Shown here: one piece after another, positions 62,095 through 64,000 of the stretch | Position numbering within the stretch: position 1 is the stretch's first letter | Layout of the letters: each line of letters opens with the position of its first letter | Assembly: GCA_964586735.1 (NCBI GenBank) | Contig: CAZPIN010000125.1 | Span: 563 to 64,562, forward strand | DNA: 64,000 nt | DNA from: an uncultured Rhodobacterales bacterium | GTDB lineage: Bacteria; Pseudomonadota; Alphaproteobacteria; Rhodobacterales; CAZPXZ01 | Direction: 5' to 3' | The notes under the pieces: model-generated | What the model was told of the DNA's origin: nothing | The model's database searches: none | The model's input: only the letters and a program-made list of their open reading frames with translations | Made by a program: the position numbers and the translations under genes

Positions 62095-64000
62095 ATGAGC
62101 GGCGACCCCATCCTCGAAATCGACCGGCTGTCGATCAGCTTCTTCACCCGCGCTGGCGAAATCCCGGCGGTGATGGACTTCTCCTGCACGGTGCAGCCGG
62201 GCGAGGCGATGGGACTGGTGGGCGAGTCGGGATGCGGCAAGTCGACGGTGGCTTTGGGGGTGATGCGCGACCTGGGGGCCAACGGCAAGATCGTCGACGG
62301 CACCATCAAGTTTCAGGGCCGCGACATGGGCACCCTGTCGGAGGACGAGCTGCGGGACATTCGCGGATCGAAGATCGCCATGATCTACCAGGAGCCCATG
62401 GCCTCGCTCAATCCGGCCATGAAGATCGGCAACCAGCTGATCGAGGTGCCGATGATCCACGAGGGGGCGACGCTCGAGGAGGCCCGCAAGCTGGCGCTGG
62501 AAATGATCGAGGCGGTGAAGCTGCCCGACCCCGAGCGCATCTACAAGTCTTTCCCGCACCAGCTGTCGGGCGGCCAGCAGCAGCGAATCGTCATCGCCAT
62601 GGCGCTGATGTCCAAGCCGGCGCTGCTGATTCTCGACGAGCCGACGACGGCCCTCGACGTTACGGTGGAGGCGGGCATCGTCGAGCTGGTGCGCAGCCTC
62701 GGCAAGGACTTCGGCACGTCGATGCTGTTCATCTCCCACAACCTTGGACTGGTGCTGGACGTGTGCGACCGCATCTGCGTGATGTATTCGGGCGAGGCGG
62801 TGGAGACGGGGGCCATCGGCGAGGTGTTCGACCACATGCGCCATCCCTATACCCAGGGCCTGATGCGCTCGATTCCGCTGCCGGGGGCCGACAAGAACCT
62901 GCGCCCGCTGGTGGCCATACCGGGCAACTTCCCGCTGCCCCACGAGCGTCCGCCGGGCTGCAACTTCGGCCCCCGCTGCGACTACTTCGTGGCCGGTCGC
63001 TGCGACGCGGGCGACATCCCGATGGCGACGCTGCCGGACCGCGAGCGGCACGAGACCCGCTGCATTCGCTGGAACGAGATCGACTGGGAGGGCGAGATCA
63101 AGGCCGCCGCCACGACGGAGGCGACCGAGCCCGGCAAGGTGGTGCTCAAGGCGGTGGACCTCAAGAAGCACTACCAGATATCCGCCAGCGCCCTGTTTGG
63201 CGGCGGCGAGCAGAGGGTGGTCAAGGCCAACGAGGCGGTGTCGCTGGAGATGCGCGAGGCCGAGACCCTGGCGCTGGTGGGCGAGTCGGGATGCGGCAAG
63301 TCGACGCTGGCCAAGGTGCTGCTGGGCCTGGAGACGGCGACCGACGGCGAGGTGACCCTCGACGGCAAGCCCATCCAGGCCAGCCCGGTCGAGGAGCGCG
63401 ACACCCGCACGGTGGCCTCCATACAGATGGTGTTTCAGAACCCGTTCGACACGCTCAACCCGTCGCATTCGGTGGGCGGGCAGATCCGCCGGGTGCTGGA
63501 AAAGTTCCGCATCGGCAAGAACGGCCAGGAGCGCGAGCAGCGGGTCATGGAGCTGCTGGACCTGGTCAAGCTGCCCCGCGAGTTCGCCAAGCGCATGCCG
63601 CGGCAGCTGTCGGGCGGCCAGAAGCAGCGCATCGGCGTGGCGCGGGCGTTCGCCGGCGAGCCGCGGGTGGTTGTGGCCGACGAGCCGGTTTCGGCCCTCG
63701 ACGTCTCGGTGCAGGCGGCCGTCACGGACCTGCTGATGGAGATCCAGCGCACCAGCCGAATCACCATGCTGTTCATAAGCCACGACCTCTCGCTGGTGCG
63801 CTATCTGGCGGACCGGGTGATGGTCATGTATCTGGGCCACGAGATGGAGATCGGCAGCACCGACCAGGTGTTCGCGCCGCCCTACCACCCTTACACCGAG
63901 GCGCTGCTGTCGGCGGTGCCGATTCCAGACACCCATGTGCAGCGCAAGCGCATCGTGCTGGAGGGCGACATACCCTCGGCGATCGACCCGCCGCCCGGCT
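62095..64000 (+). CDS. Fused duplicated ABC transporter ATP-binding protein (DppD/DppF-like), 3' end beyond the window
   Basis: My translation gives MSGDPILEIDRLSISF... Walker A 'GESGCGKST' occurs twice (near 62220 and 63285), as does the signature 'LSGGQ(Q/K)QR'. No stop codon occurs before the window end. Confidence 0.9.
   Translation, partial: MSGDPILEIDRLSISFFTRAGEIPAVMDFSCTVQPGEAMGLVGESGCGKSTVALGVMRDLGANGKIVDGTIKFQGRDMGTLSEDELRDIRGSKIAMIYQEPMASLNPAMKIGNQLIEVPMIHEGATLEEARKLALEMIEAVKLPDPERIYKSFPHQLSGGQQQRIVIAMALMSKPALLILDEPTTALDVTVEAGIVELVRSLGKDFGTSMLFISHNLGLVLDVCDRICVMYSGEAVETGAIGEVFDHMRHPYTQGLMRSIPLPGADKNLRPLVAIPGNFPLPHERPPGCNFGPRCDYFVAGRCDAGDIPMATLPDRERHETRCIRWNEIDWEGEIKAAATTEATEPGKVVLKAVDLKKHYQISASALFGGGEQRVVKANEAVSLEMREAETLALVGESGCGKSTLAKVLLGLETATDGEVTLDGKPIQASPVEERDTRTVASIQMVFQNPFDTLNPSHSVGGQIRRVLEKFRIGKNGQEREQRVMELLDLVKLPREFAKRMPRQLSGGQKQRIGVARAFAGEPRVVVADEPVSALDVSVQAAVTDLLMEIQRTSRITMLFISHDLSLVRYLADRVMVMYLGHEMEIGSTDQVFAPPYHPYTEALLSAVPIPDTHVQRKRIVLEGDIPSAIDPPPG

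Overview
High-GC chromosomal segment with alphaproteobacterial-type synteny. It is mostly core housekeeping operons. Minus strand: secG, ilvC-ilvH-ilvI, miaA-korB-korA, gltA, gltX, moeA, moaC, trpC-trpD-trpG-trpE, ppiD, gyrA. Plus strand: rpsB-tsf-pyrH-frr-uppS-cdsA-dxr-rseP-bamA-skp-fabZ-lpxA-lpxI-lpxB, ligA, gpt, and a peptide/nickel-type ABC importer that runs off the 3' end. The accessory content sits in the gaps between these operons. (1) A fused nucleotidyltransferase-HEPN gene lies at 1.3-2.2 kb. (2) A DenV-like pyrimidine-dimer glycosylase is followed by a 1850-aa, partly low-GC autotransporter with 11 degenerate passenger repeats (6.5-12.7 kb). (3) Most interesting: three dispersed loci (18.8-20.2, 35.8-37.2 and 47.3-49.9 kb) carry a paralogous Rpn/YhgA-like PD-(D/E)XK family. 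Each full-length gene is followed by one or more stand-alone ORFs that re-encode only its C-terminal DUF4351-like domain. Two of the loci are also bracketed by diverged duplicates of the ends of the neighbouring housekeeping genes (lpxB 3' end, trpE 5' end). (4) A degenerate IS256-like transposase lies at 37.5-38.7 kb. (5) An intergenic array of GATTCGC (GANTC-containing) repeats sits upstream of one Rpn-like gene. I found no rRNA, tRNA or CRISPR array. Many long ORFs in the six-frame track are antisense or alternate-frame artefacts of the high GC content.
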